Assembly (NCBI GenBank): GCA_036172245.1
Contig: JAYWIR010000014.1
Span: 3,658,001 to 3,722,000 of the forward strand
DNA length: 64,000 nucleotides
Source of the DNA: Raillietiella orientalis
Lineage: Eukaryota
Direction of reading: 5' to 3'
Below the pieces are notes generated by a model that had not been told where the DNA came from, did not search any database, and saw only the letters and a list, made by a program, of their open reading frames with translations. This document shows, in pieces, positions 52,587 to 64,000 of this stretch (positions are counted from its first letter, which is position 1; each line of letters begins with the position of its first letter). A program made the translations under genes and the position numbers.

Positions 52587-52837
52587 GGAGCGGCGGCGAC
52601 TGAGGACTTTTCCTTGGACGGCGGTCATGTCCTTTCTCGGTTTCGAAGGTCACCGTAGCTCCCGCACGTGAAGTAAGCTAGCCGACGGAGAGGCAGCCAG
52701 CGGACTCAAGAAGGTGAGCGTTCTTCGGCGCAGGTGGGTAGGTGGGGTTGCTGGGGAGCTTTGTTGGAGAGCTGGAAAGCCCCTGCGATGCAGGTGGAGC
52801 CTCTGGCGCGTTCCGGAAGTTCCAGAAGACGGGAGGG
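52587..52837 (-). repeat. Dispersed repeat, homologue of 23073-23297 (possibly ORF1/5' region of the Tx1-like family)
   Basis: Direct nucleotide similarity. The ORF1 assignment is inferred from position only. Confidence 0.8.
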
Positions 52838-53199
52838 ACGTGTGGGCGCTCTTCCATCCGAGTGCTCGCTCTCTCCTCCGGCTTCCTCTCTCATTGTAAG
52901 GATGGCCCCAGTGCACCAGCAAGATGGCAGTACCTTGAAGAGCAGAGGAAAAGGCGGAGGCATCGATCAGGAAGCGAATGCAGTGCGAGATCCACTTCTT
53001 GCGGATTCACTGGCAAGCCATCTACGGAGAGTGGATCGGAAGAGGGAGAGCAGTGGGCAGAGGGGCGAGGATGCAAAATCCGAGCAATGAGGATGCTGCT
53101 GACCGCTGTCTAACCCCCTCCCCTCTCTCTCTCTCTTGTTCACCTTCCTTGCCCCAGTGCTTCCCTCCCTACGGGAAGCAAGGGACAGCGACTTCCAGC

Positions 53200-54045
53200 C
53201 AAGTGGGAGGTGACGTGTACCATCAACAGGAAAAAGCAATTCAGTGGACAACTCAGGAACTGATGGACGCTGTGACCCCTATTGTCTCACCTGAAGGACT
53301 GCTACATTGAGGACAGGTGCTACAAATTCCTCCGGAGGTGCAGTGGCCCCCAGGGCAACCCTCCCCCTAAAGTGGCAGGAGTCGGCGGCGTTCCTGGTGT
53401 TACATGGGGATCTCCCGTGCAACGACCGCCGACACTATTAGACCCGGGTGAGCGCGAGCCCCAGATGCAGCAGGTGGGGAGAAAGAAAGTCCCTCCCGCA
53501 TCTGCTCATGGATTGTGTTGCCCTCCATCCCTTGTGGAAACGCTTTCCCGAATCCCTGCAGATCCCCGAGGGCAAGCCCAGAGACGTTTTGAAGCGTCTC
53601 TTCCTGCGCGATGCCCTCATGCCGGCCGCATCCCTAGCAGCACTTTGCTGCCATACGGGATTGTGGTTACATGGAACAACTCCAGGGGAGGCCAGAACGA
53701 CAGGGACGCCATCTATTTTGCTGTCCTCTTCATGAGGATAGCGTCAAGATGGACCCATCTGGGAGCCTTGAAACAGGAACTCGCCCGCATCCTGCAAAGG
53801 ATGCAGAGGACGCCCTCCAACCTCCGGTGTTCATATCCTGAATCATTCCAATTTTTTTGTCCATATTTTCTGTTTTATTTTTCTTTGTTTTCCCTTTTCC
53901 CCCGCTGCCGAGGCAAACCTCGCCGACCTCCGTTCCGGCTCTCGGCAGGTTCTTGTATGTTTGTAACGTGGCAGGACCAAGAGTCCTGCTACTGAACTGT
54001 GTTTAGTTTTTTATAAATAAACACCCTGGCGCAACCGGATGTCAA
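53200..54045 (+). mobile_element. Tx1-like family 3' fragment
   Basis: CSRW..KSLPHLLMDC, RDVLKRLFLRDA and GGQNDRDAIYFAVLFMRIASRWTHLG closely match 45.9-46.3 kb. Confidence 0.9.
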
Positions 54046-55399
54046 CTCTCTCTGTCCACGGCACAGGATCGCTTCCCGATTCCCCTTCGGGGAGATCCCT
54101 AGAAAAGGCTTCCACGTTCGCGGACCCTGAGCAGCTTTTCTGGGCAAGACTTGGTGAGCCAGCCGATCTCCCTTGGACCGGCGAAAAACTCCTAACGAAA
54201 GTGAGCCAATGAGTTCAGGTGAGCCTCCGAGTCGGGACGTTGTCATTTTGAAGTTTTTGTGAAGCATCGATGTGCCGCGCCCGTCTTTGAGCATTCTTCA
54301 CCGGGCTCACTTGCAGGACCCCCCCAACAGGGCGAAATGTCGCTGAGATTCCCCATTCTCTCGGCAGCTCTCTTCCCTGGCGGGAGTTTAGGCTCTTTTA
54401 TTCCGGACTCCGATCTTCTGGAGGCCATGATGCTCTCGGTCTCGCTTGGAGAGTCGGCGAAATCGCTCCTCTGGAGCAGCTGCTCTTCTGACGGAGAGGA
54501 ATGGATGCGTCCTCGCGCATTGTTTGTGCTCGGCATGTTTTGGAGAAGGCGGCGCATCCGAGCACCGGTCGTGGGATGCGGAAATGGAGGAGCACAGAGA
54601 TCTCGAAGATGGTGCGACACAATTTGGAAGCATTTTCAAAAGATCCGACTCCAGACGACGGTCTCCTTGATCAGCACAAAGCAGCCATCCTGGAGGGGAA
54701 CTTCGGAAACTCAGCATGTGGAATCCATGCTGGAGGAGTTTCCGGCTCGTCAGATCTCCTTGAGCGTCGGAAGCTTCTTACCCTTCTTTTTTACTCTCTC
54801 GTTCTCTCTCTCTTGCTTGCACCCTCCGCCACTTGGTTTCTCCAAATTTTCGCGTTTCAATGTTTCCCCAGTGCTTCTCTTAGCAACGGTGCCCGCCCGC
54901 ACCACCCAGTGGAAGCTGCCACATATCAAGGATTTCCGACAGCATGCGCTTCCGGGGTCTTTCCGGATAGCCGGCATTCCCTTTCTTCTCTCCAGAAGAA
55001 CCCACTGGACTATTGGTCTAGAGGGTTCTCATCCCCTCTCAACCTCCCAGCGTTCCCGAAAACGTTTTCGTGCCTTCTCTCCTCATCCCGGAGGACCCGA
55101 CACCTATTTTCTGTCTGTCGACGGATCGATCTCTGCGCCCGATCAGAGGCGAGTGGGTGCGCTCATCTTCCCGGATGACCTCTGCATGCACTGGGCACTT
55201 CCCAAGGTGACGTCGTCCACCCGTCCTAGCTCGCTGCTGCCTCCCACGCGAACGGCCAGGATGCAGGAAAGGGCTGACTTCGGCGACATCATCCGATGTG
55301 TGCAGCTGCGAACGCGCTCCAGATATGCTCCCTTCGGGCTTTGCTCCAGATCTGAAGCTTCTCGCAGCTTTCCAAAATGCCGCTCGCATTGACCGCTTT

Positions 55400-57260
55400 T
55401 TCGGGACGGCGCTGGCTCACCTACCGTCGAGGGTTGCTCCGGAATTGCACCGCCCCTCCGAGATGGCAGCCCGCCAGCTCAGTCACCAGAGGAGGACCAC
55501 CCACAACTCCTGGAGCTCACCGCAGCTGATCTGGAGAAGGAGGGAAGGAGGAAAACTTCGCATCTTCCCACGGGGAGGAGGGAGAAATCCCCACGGGAAC
55601 GCTCGCTGTCGCTGCTGCCCCTCATCTCTCCTCCTTGGTCGTGAAACGCGCGCACGCGGGTGCTGCTGCCCCGTGGGGCGCGCCTCCCGCCCTCGCGGCT
55701 CCCTCCGCATTCCCCAGCCGAAGGGCTGAGGTGGCTCCTGGGGATCTCGGAGGGTGGCGAAGCGGGCTGGGTAGCAGCGCCCTCGCTCCAGATCTCGAAC
55801 TGAGCCAAACGTGTAGCTGGGAACATCCTGCCGCCCTTTCCCGGCTGCCGAGTAAAGCTCGCAGGATCTGGGAAGCGATTCCGCCGATCTGGACCGTAAT
55901 TCCTGTATGAAACGAGGAGTTCCCATCGCTCCCGGGATTTGCTGCGGGTCCCACGAGCTAACGAGATTACCATCTTCAGCGAGTCATTAGGCCTTTCGAG
56001 AGAGGAGAGTGCTTTCCCGAAAAGTAAGCCTGTGTCGCTGGACCATGGTTTATTCATCCCCTAATTTCATTTCTCACGAGAGCAAGAGTGTTGTTCCGGA
56101 AGCCGGACCATCGTTCCGCGGAAGCCATCCGTCGGAGATCGGAAGGACTCCTGCGCCGGAATGGAGGAGCACCGGTGCCTCGTCGTCGATGGCGCTCCCG
56201 AGCCATCGACGACGAGGTGAAGTCGCCGTGCTGCTCGCGGGAAGGTTTACGATGTCGCCCCGAGCCGGCCGCGGAGGAGATTCCGCGTTAGATGGACATC
56301 TGAAGCTGCGGGTCCACCACCATCCCTTTTCTCTCTCTTCTTGGCCACTGCCTCGTCATGTTCTGGGGAAGAAGAAATGCCTCTTCCTCTGAGTAGTCCT
56401 CTCTCGTTGCCTGAGGCAGCGCGGTCCGCCCCTGCTCTCTGGTCTGAAAAGCTCTCGTCGCCGGCAACTGGTTGTGCCTCTTCAGTGCCAGTCTACCTTC
56501 TAGAGGTAGCTTCAGAGGACCCGGGATCGAGCAGAGCGAACTCTTGAGTGTGCCCCCCAAAGAACCTGTGGTCCCTCCCTCGTCTGTGTTCTTCCTTCGG
56601 TGGAAACAGGACGCGATTCTGTTGTTGCATTGGAGCTTCCATTGCAATCAGCGCGCCCGCCTTGTTTCCGAGGAAGTTGCCTCCCCGAACTGCAAAAGGT
56701 GCAAGACAGTGGAATCGCTCCCACACATGCTCTTCGACTGCGGTGCCCGCCAAGGACTGTTGCGGAGGCTGTCTTCAGCGCTCCTGCGCCAGGCGAACGC
56801 CGAAATCGACGTCATGCACCGCTTCTTCACGCGCGGCGACCTCTCGCTAGGCGCGGTTATCACAACGATCTGTTGTGTTGGCGCCATCGTCATGAACCGC
56901 CAGGTGCAGGAGTCGCGAGCGACCCCAACAGAGGTCACCAGGATTGCAGCCTCCAACATGAGGACGGCGTCCAGGTGGTCTCGGCTCAGCCAAGATCAGG
57001 AAGGAGATAGCCGGCATTCAATGCCGGTTCTGAAACGATGGAACGGCCGAAGCCAAAGACCGTTGTCCCTTTCCCCCCATATCTTTTTTTGTATTTTTTA
57101 TATCTCTTTGTGGTCTCCTTCCTCCCGTTCTTCTTTTTCGGTATGTCCAACCTGCGTGTCGGGGAGCCCTCCCCTGGAACTTCCTTTCCCTTTGTCTGGG
57201 AACTCGGTTCCCAGTTGATTTTCTCTTTTTGAATAAACGTCCCGGTGCAACCGGATAGGA
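55400..57260 (+). mobile_element. Tx1-like relic, more distant subfamily (RT end to 3' UTR)
   Basis: GVPI, CKRCKTVESLPHMLFDC (intact CCHC), NMRTASRW and the AATAAAC terminal motif. Confidence 0.8.
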
Positions 57261-58189
57261 AACCATTCCTGGATCTGGAACTGCAAGAACCCCTTTTTTG
57301 TGAGGAGGGGGGAGGGTACAGGGGGAAGGTAGAGCAAGGTTTCAGCACATTGGCTGCGGTGCCCCCGGAAGCCACGTGCCATGCTCTTTGCTCCTCCCCC
57401 CTACGCGAGTTCCACCTTTAGCAGGGGCGTGGAAGGCACCCTACTGCGCGCCTGTGTCTCCGATGGATTCTTTGGGAGCGGCGCGCTTCCAGCGACTCGG
57501 AGGGTCTCCCCAGGAACCGATAGGCGGGGATGCGATTCCCGCGAAAGCATTTCCGGGAGGGAGGAAGCGTCCGCTGCCTACCCTGAGGCCGGAGGAGTCT
57601 CGAAGAGTTTTCCTCTTCTCCCGATTCCCAGCGAGCCCGAATCGTTTCTCTTCGTTCTAACTGAGGCCTGACCGAGCATCGGTCGCCATTCCTCGGACTA
57701 GGCTCGCCTGCCCATCCCGCTGCTCGCCATCTGGGGAGCCTTTGTCGGTCTCATTTCTCCACAGGGAAAAGCCCGCTGGAGGCGCGGAGGCTCCCCCAGG
57801 ATCCCTTCGCGCCCCAGGATCGTTGGAACCTGGCCCGGAGAGAACACGGGCGTGTGCGTTTTTCTCGCCAGTTGCCGAACAAGGAGCAGGAGACCCACCT
57901 TCCCTTGCCGCCCGCATCCTACTTTGCAGTGCCTGGGACGGAATGATAGTGTGGACAGTGGACGAATTCCTTCCCCGCGACGCCGTTCCCCACTGACCGC
58001 TCCAGGAGGAAGATGGCGTTCCGATGAGTCCCTCTTTTCCTTTCGCCCTTCCCGACTCCCTTCCCCTCCCACGGACCCTCGCCGAGGGGGAATGCATCTC
58101 GCACGTCCCCCTCGCCCTGGAAACCGTGGTTCGCCCGATATCAACCATCCGAGGGGAAACGATCCCCACCTCCTCCCCCCCTTCCATCG

Positions 58190-58871
58190 CTGCCAAACGC
58201 GCGCGCGTGCAGACGGTTCCCTCGCACCCGCCCCTCTCCGATCCCTGCCCGATTAGCGCCTGCGCCGGGCGTCGTCGTCTGCCGCAGCCCGTCACCCCCT
58301 TGAGGCCGCGGAGTCGGCGCGGAACGCGTCACGAGCAGCCTCTCGCGCATGCGCGCCCGTGCGTGTGAGACGGGCCGAAGAGAGGACCGGAGGAGGGGAG
58401 AGGGAAACGGAAGGGAGTTTCCCTCATCTCTCTCTTTTCCTTCCTTCCTTCTTCCCCCCCCCCCTCCCCCCTTCTCGTCTTCTTCCTTTCCTCCTTCCCC
58501 CGTTACGCGAGGAAGGTGCCTTTCGTCGCCGAGAGCGGGAGGGGAGGAGGGGAAGATGCGGTATCGACGGGGCCTGCGAGGGCGGGAAAATGCAGGGAGA
58601 CGCGCTGCACGCAAGGCCGGTCGGAGCCGCCGCGCGAGCGCGCGCGTGTGCGTGTGCCGCCGCATACACCACACGCGCGCGCGCCCCTCGAGACGCCGGC
58701 CGCTCCGCGGGCAGCGCGCGCTCTCGCGTTCATCCCGACGCGCGCGGCACTCCCCGATCCAGTGAACGTGCTCTCACCACGGCAAGACGGATCCCTGCTT
58801 CCGGACATCCCCCCATCTCCCGTTCCCCGCAACAGGGTCGGCCGGCAGCTCGAAGAGGCGCGGATACCAAG
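58190..58871 (+). promoter_or_regulatory. CpG-island-like region with possible non-coding first exon
   Basis: Dense CG/GC runs and donor CAAG|GTGGGT at 58872. Confidence 0.4.
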
Positions 58872-61449
58872 GTGGGTGTAGTGTGTGTCTGAGTGCGCGT
58901 GGTCGGGAGAGGGGAACGGGGGCGAGAGTGTAACTGACTTTTCCCTCTACTCTCGCTCCCCATCGCCGAAAGGGGAGGGAGAGAAGGGGAAACCGTTCGT
59001 GTTGCCGTTTTCTGTTCGCTGCTTGCCTGCACTTTCGCGGGGAATTGGAGCTTCCCCCCCCGGGCGCGCATTTCCCTGATTACGGTGCCATTCCTCCCGT
59101 GCCCCTCCTCCCTGCCGGGCCTCTAATCGACCACCGCCCGCCCGCGGGTATTAGAAAAAGCCCGGAGGAGGAATTCAGGGATTCGTCCCACACCTTTTGC
59201 GGGAGGGATGGAACGTGGTCCAGACCAACTGATGCTCACACTGAGGCGAGAGCCATGTTCAGGGAAGGGGGGGGGTCTCGTTCCCCTCTTCCCTTGATTT
59301 TCTTCCTAGACGCCTTGCCTCGGCTCGCAGGGAGGGCTGGAAGGGTGGTGATGGTTCGGCCGTGTAGACGGAACGAGTGCCACTGGCTACCCCTGCCATG
59401 CGGGAAGCCTTCGCTCTTCGCATCCTCTTCCCCTCCCACCACCCTCCTGTCAGGAAGAGAAGGTTCTTTCCTCTTCTTCCCCTCCTTTGGTAGTCGCCGT
59501 CGGTGGAAAAAAAAAGGGAGGGGGAGATGAATGGCCTCGGGAAGTTTCTTGGCAGTCCACCCCCTCCGAGCCTCCCGGGAGTGATCCCTGAGGCTGCGTT
59601 TCTTGGGAAGCGTTCTCGGCGACCCGCCGCTCCTTCCTGGCATCCGCCTCCCTTTACCCTTCCGTCCTTCCCCCTTTCCTTTCCCTGACTACCGGCACTC
59701 ACTGATGCGGCTGCTCGCGAGAGATCGGACACCTGAAAACCTCTCGATAGTGGTCCGGTGCAACGCCGGAGTCTGCACGCCTGTCTTCCAGAGGAGGAGC
59801 GCGCGGGTCCTCAAGTGAGAAAGCGCCCACACGAACACGTGCTTCTCCGGGAAGGAGGAGGAGAGGAAGAGCCGGGGGAAAAGGACAGCAGCCTCCTGCG
59901 GTTGAGCTGCCATCTACGCCGACCTATCAGCCAGTGGCTCCGAGTGGACCCCGGTTCACGGTGTACAGCTAAAAGCGCGTCTGCCTGGATGCTATGGGTA
60001 ACCGCCACCAGTTCGTTCTCCCCTCCCCTTTCCTGTTTTCCTTTCGTGCAGTCGCACGTGTACGGAAGGACTTGCGGGTGCTGCGGAGAAGGAGAGGAGC
60101 TGCGAACACCGGCTGTTCTCTGGATCTGCGATGTTCTGTTTGCCACCGCCGGCAGCTACCGCTGCGGAGGAGCCATCTCGCCTCACCCCCCTCCTTGCTT
60201 CTTGTGGACTGGGACGAGTATCCGTGGTGACGGGATCTCTTTCTGGTTCGCCACCGCCTGCTGCTGGTGTCTCGAGGCGCTGCGAGCAGGCGCTCCAAGG
60301 CGCCGCCGGCCTTCGTGACCGGGGAGACATCCGAGCACTTTTCTCTGCGTACCCGCCGAGAAAGAGGTGGGGAGCTTCCTGAGACTCCAGAGGAGATGCA
60401 TCCTTCTTTCTCCCACTCCCTCCCTTTCAACTATCCACGTGCGAGAGCACCTCACCCGCTGGGAAAACAGGGATGCCCTTCGATCCTTCGTCCGTCACAT
60501 GGGGCCACCCGCTGGAGCAACCCCATCGCTGGTCGTTCGCCATATGAGCTACGAACGACGAGGTGGAAGGGTCGGTCCAGCGGGATGACTCCCTCTTCGT
60601 CTCTGTTCTCCCTCAAAGCTATATCGGTTGTCCTTGTCCATCCCCCTACCCCATCCGCAGGACCGCGCTGCTGGTGAGGTCGAAACGTGCCAGATCGGGT
60701 GAGCCTCCCGTGGGCCGGAAGGGGGGAGGGAAGGGACAGACATGCCACCACTCGAGTAGAGTCGCCAGCGCGAGTACCTAGATAGAATTCGCCACTTCCT
60801 CTTACCCTTCTTCCTCCCTTCCTGCTCCTCTCTCCCTCAGGATGAATCAAGGGGAACGGATCCGTCAGGAAGGAGCCAGAGTCGAGCTCCATTGGGAGGG
60901 GCGAACATGATAGAGGCGGAGGGTGGGGAGAATCGGATAGGTAGATTTCACGTAGGGACCTTTCCATCGGCAGGCCACGAGTGGCTGGGTCCAGGGGGGC
61001 AAGGAGGTTTCCGCAGCGGAGAACGCGGTAGTGCCTGTGACCTGGCGGCGGCGTGGATCGGGAGCAGCAGCAGCATCTCCTGCCGGCCCCCTCCGCGGCC
61101 CCACGTGGAGCCTTATCCTTGCAGGAGCTCCTCCGTTTCCGGAAGGCGAGGCCGGTTCCTCCGGAATCGTCGGTCCGCTTCCGGGTGACCTTGACCCTCT
61201 GTCATCCCCGCGCTTCCGTCCCCTGGAACCCTGTGCTCGCGCGCGCAAGGAGGGGATGCATCTCCGCCTGCGGATTTCCGCCGATTGAGAGGACGTACTC
61301 CCTTCGGCGCCTCCTCCGGCGTCAGACCCCGGCTGGCGACCAGCTCATGAGCCGTGTAGGTGGATGTGAGAGCGCGTGCATCCGCTCTCAGAAGCCGACC
61401 GCCATCTTGGAGGCCGGCGCCGGTTAGGTGGGTGCGGTTTCGTTCTTCC

Positions 61450-62510
61450 TCCTCCTCCTCCTCCTCCACTGCTCCAGAACTTATCGCGCCCTCGGAGGAG
61501 GAAGGCCTCTTCTTCTCGTGGAGCAGTCGCGACTTTGGACTTGTCGGAGGCCTCCTCCTTCCGGAGGAACGCAGACCAAGCATGATTTCTCTGGATGCCT
61601 CCTCCAGGAGCGTGGATCGCCGCCATGAGCGCGCATTTCGAACGGATTCCGGCATGGCGCCTAGGCTTCGTCGCCTCAGTCGCCACTGGCCACATCCCTG
61701 ATGGCGAGGAAATGGGGAAGCAAGGGTATGGCCGCAGAGAGAGGGCGAGTGAACCGAGCGGACGGACGGTGCAGCGGAAGCTGAGTCTCCCAAGGAGGAA
61801 GGTGAAAACCGATGGGATCTGCCGACGCCGGCCACGTCGAGCGCTTCCCTTGGCTCACCTTCCCGCCTGCGATCAACTGGCGGACTCGCTGCCCATCCTC
61901 GCTCCTTATGCCCTCACAGTCCTGCCGCCAGTTTTCGGAGGCCAGCGCTTGCGAATGCGCGAGGGGCAGCTCCTCGAACTTCTCCACCCCGCTTGGAAGC
62001 CTCTCGGTACACATTCAAGGAAGCACGCTGATCCGACGACACAGGCGTGGGGCAAGGCCATCGTCGGCGCCATTTGCAGTCCCGGGAAGAGCTGTCGCGT
62101 GCACACGCACGCACCGGGCCCTCGCAGAGGAACGAACCCACAGTGGGCCTTCTTGCGCTCACCATCCAGCGCCTCGGCATCCGTGCAGCAGTGGATGCGG
62201 GGCACCCCGATGCTCCCGAGGAACGAGACCGACGACGCCAAGCGCCTTTGGGCAGGCCGTGTTCCACACGTGATCACCAGCAGCTGGCGAGCAACTGAGC
62301 AGTCCTGCCTCCCCTTCCCTTGCGTTAACAAGCGTGCCGCTTTTACCGTTGTCGTCGAATCTTTCCCGTGACCCTTGACCTGCCCTGGGTGCCTGATTTT
62401 GGTGGGCAGAGGCCCAGTACTTTGCCTGCTTGGTGTCCCCCCATCTCCCTGCCCATTTTCGCTCCGAAGCTTATTTTTTTCCAGTTGTCTGGGAAACCGG
62501 ATAAGGAATT
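61450..62510 (+). mobile_element. Internally deleted Tx1-like relic
   Basis: MISLDA..VDR; RVPHVITSSWRATEQ parallels RVPSVRTCNSSRTEQ of the 46.8 kb copy; ends in AACCGGATA. Confidence 0.55.
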
Positions 62511-63199
62511 GAAACTGGGGGGGGGGGGGAGGGGGAAGTTCCTAGAGGGGAGAGAGTCGGTTGCGGACTTGAATGGCTCAGCGCCCTCGGTAAGTGAAGA
62601 GAGAAAGATTCAGACGTTCGCTTCCCCGGGGCGCTCGAGTGCATGCGTTCGTGCACGTGCCTCTCCCAAGCGACCGCAAGCGGAAACAGCGCGGAGCTCC
62701 CCTTGCGTGGCTCACGACCCCTTCCGTGGTCCAACGTTCTTCTGGAGGTTTGTTCTCCTCCTCTTGGTGCCCCAAACCCCAAGTTTCCCTCCCCCCTTCC
62801 ATCTCCCCTTTTCGCTTTCTTTTTCGGCCCTCCTTTTCTCCCAAGCCTGGCCGGAGGATCCGAGTGCCTGCCGAAGTGCGTGAGCGCGCTGCGGATAAAT
62901 CTCGTGCGCAATGGCGATGCTGTTTCGTCCGCTTCCTTTCCGGGTCTTTCTTCGGAAACGAGAGCATGAATCTGACAGTTTCGATCATTCTGCCCACGCG
63001 CCGAGGAGGAAGAAACTCACGTACGCGCGAAACGAAATCGAAGAGGCCACACCCTATCCTACAGGATGGGAGGGGGGGAAAGGGGAAGCAACCAGCGGAG
63101 ATGAGACGACACCAGCGTCCTTTCGATCCTGCGCTCGCGAATGCTGCAACTCTCCGTGTCACGAAGGGAGGCAAGCGTCCGGAGTTCGTTCGTCAGGGA

Positions 63200-64000
63200 C
63201 GCGCTGCCGTCGGACCATCCCTGTGAATCTCCTGTCCTGGGGTTTTGCACGCAAGGCGTCTTCCTGGAGAGGAAAATGACGGAGGGAGCCCTCCCCTTTT
63301 CCGAACGGAGATGGAGGAAGACCTGGACATGTCACCTTAGCTCCATGCGTACTTACTATACAGTGACCGTTCCAACCCTCCTCCTTTTTCCGGACACGAT
63401 TCTTCCATACACATCGAGAGGGAAGCTCGAAGGCAATAGCTCCCTCTCAAGGCAACTGAAATCTCATAGATCACTCCCTGCCGATTCTGACCGCTTCCCT
63501 GGAAGCGAAAGAAGCTCTTCACGCTAACGATCTGCATGGATCTGGATGGAGGTGCGCTGCACCAAACGTCCATCTCCCGGAGACAAGGCAGTCGGGGAAG
63601 GTCACCTTCCTGCTCCCCGTGAATTTTTCTCGTTGATTCGCTTCCTATGGAATGCCTTGCGAGTCAGCTAAACCTGCAGCAAGTCTGAGAGGCAGGTCAA
63701 AGAGTTCTTTTTTCTTCCGGTTTCAGTGTCTTTGGACCTCCGAAAGCGTCGTCCGGAGACTTTCCAACCCGGAAGAGGAGCTCCTCCGTCAGGGAGAAAC
63801 AGGGGAGATCGTGGGGTGGATTCCTTCTCATTTGCTCTTCCTTCTGGTACGTCGTCAGGGAAACCATCTCATGAGGCAACGAGTTCTTTATCCCTTGGGC
63901 TTGGGGGAGCCAGCGAATCCATCATGGGGCTTCCGGGGGCCCTCAGTTGCGCGGCTCAGTCCTCTCTGCTGCCGTATTTGCTGCCGGCGCCTGCGCTGGC
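63200..64000 (-). mobile_element. Decayed Tx1/L1-like RT start (runs off window)
   Basis: LTEELL..GKSPD and CLVSGR resemble EEL..GKSPG and CFVPGR. Confidence 0.45.

Overview
Eukaryotic, spliced, repeat-rich genomic DNA, most likely animal and plausibly arthropod. Most ORFs in the supplied track look spurious. The one gene I can identify firmly is the 3' part of a HOIP/RNF31 (LUBEL-type) linear-ubiquitin RBR E3 ligase on the + strand. Seven phase-compatible GT-AG exons (3620-12044) encode a UBA-like region, RING1, IBR, RING2 and LDD, and there is a probable upstream acidic exon (538-791). Much of the remainder is decayed non-LTR retrotransposons: many fragments of one Tx1/L1-like family in both orientations, RTE- and CR1-like relics, and at least four copies of a ~670-bp tRNA-headed SINE. 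I found no CRISPR array and no supportable novel protein system. The most interesting signals are at RNA level: (i) an intronic cluster of a hammerhead-like motif, a U2 snRNA 5' fragment and an endonuclease-like start; (ii) a SINE whose 3' half is a tandem array of ~40-nt UUCG-type stem-loops; (iii) a 3'-UTR hairpin and terminal motif conserved, with compensatory changes, across Tx1-like copies. Relic boundaries are approximate, and all alignments and folds were done by eye.
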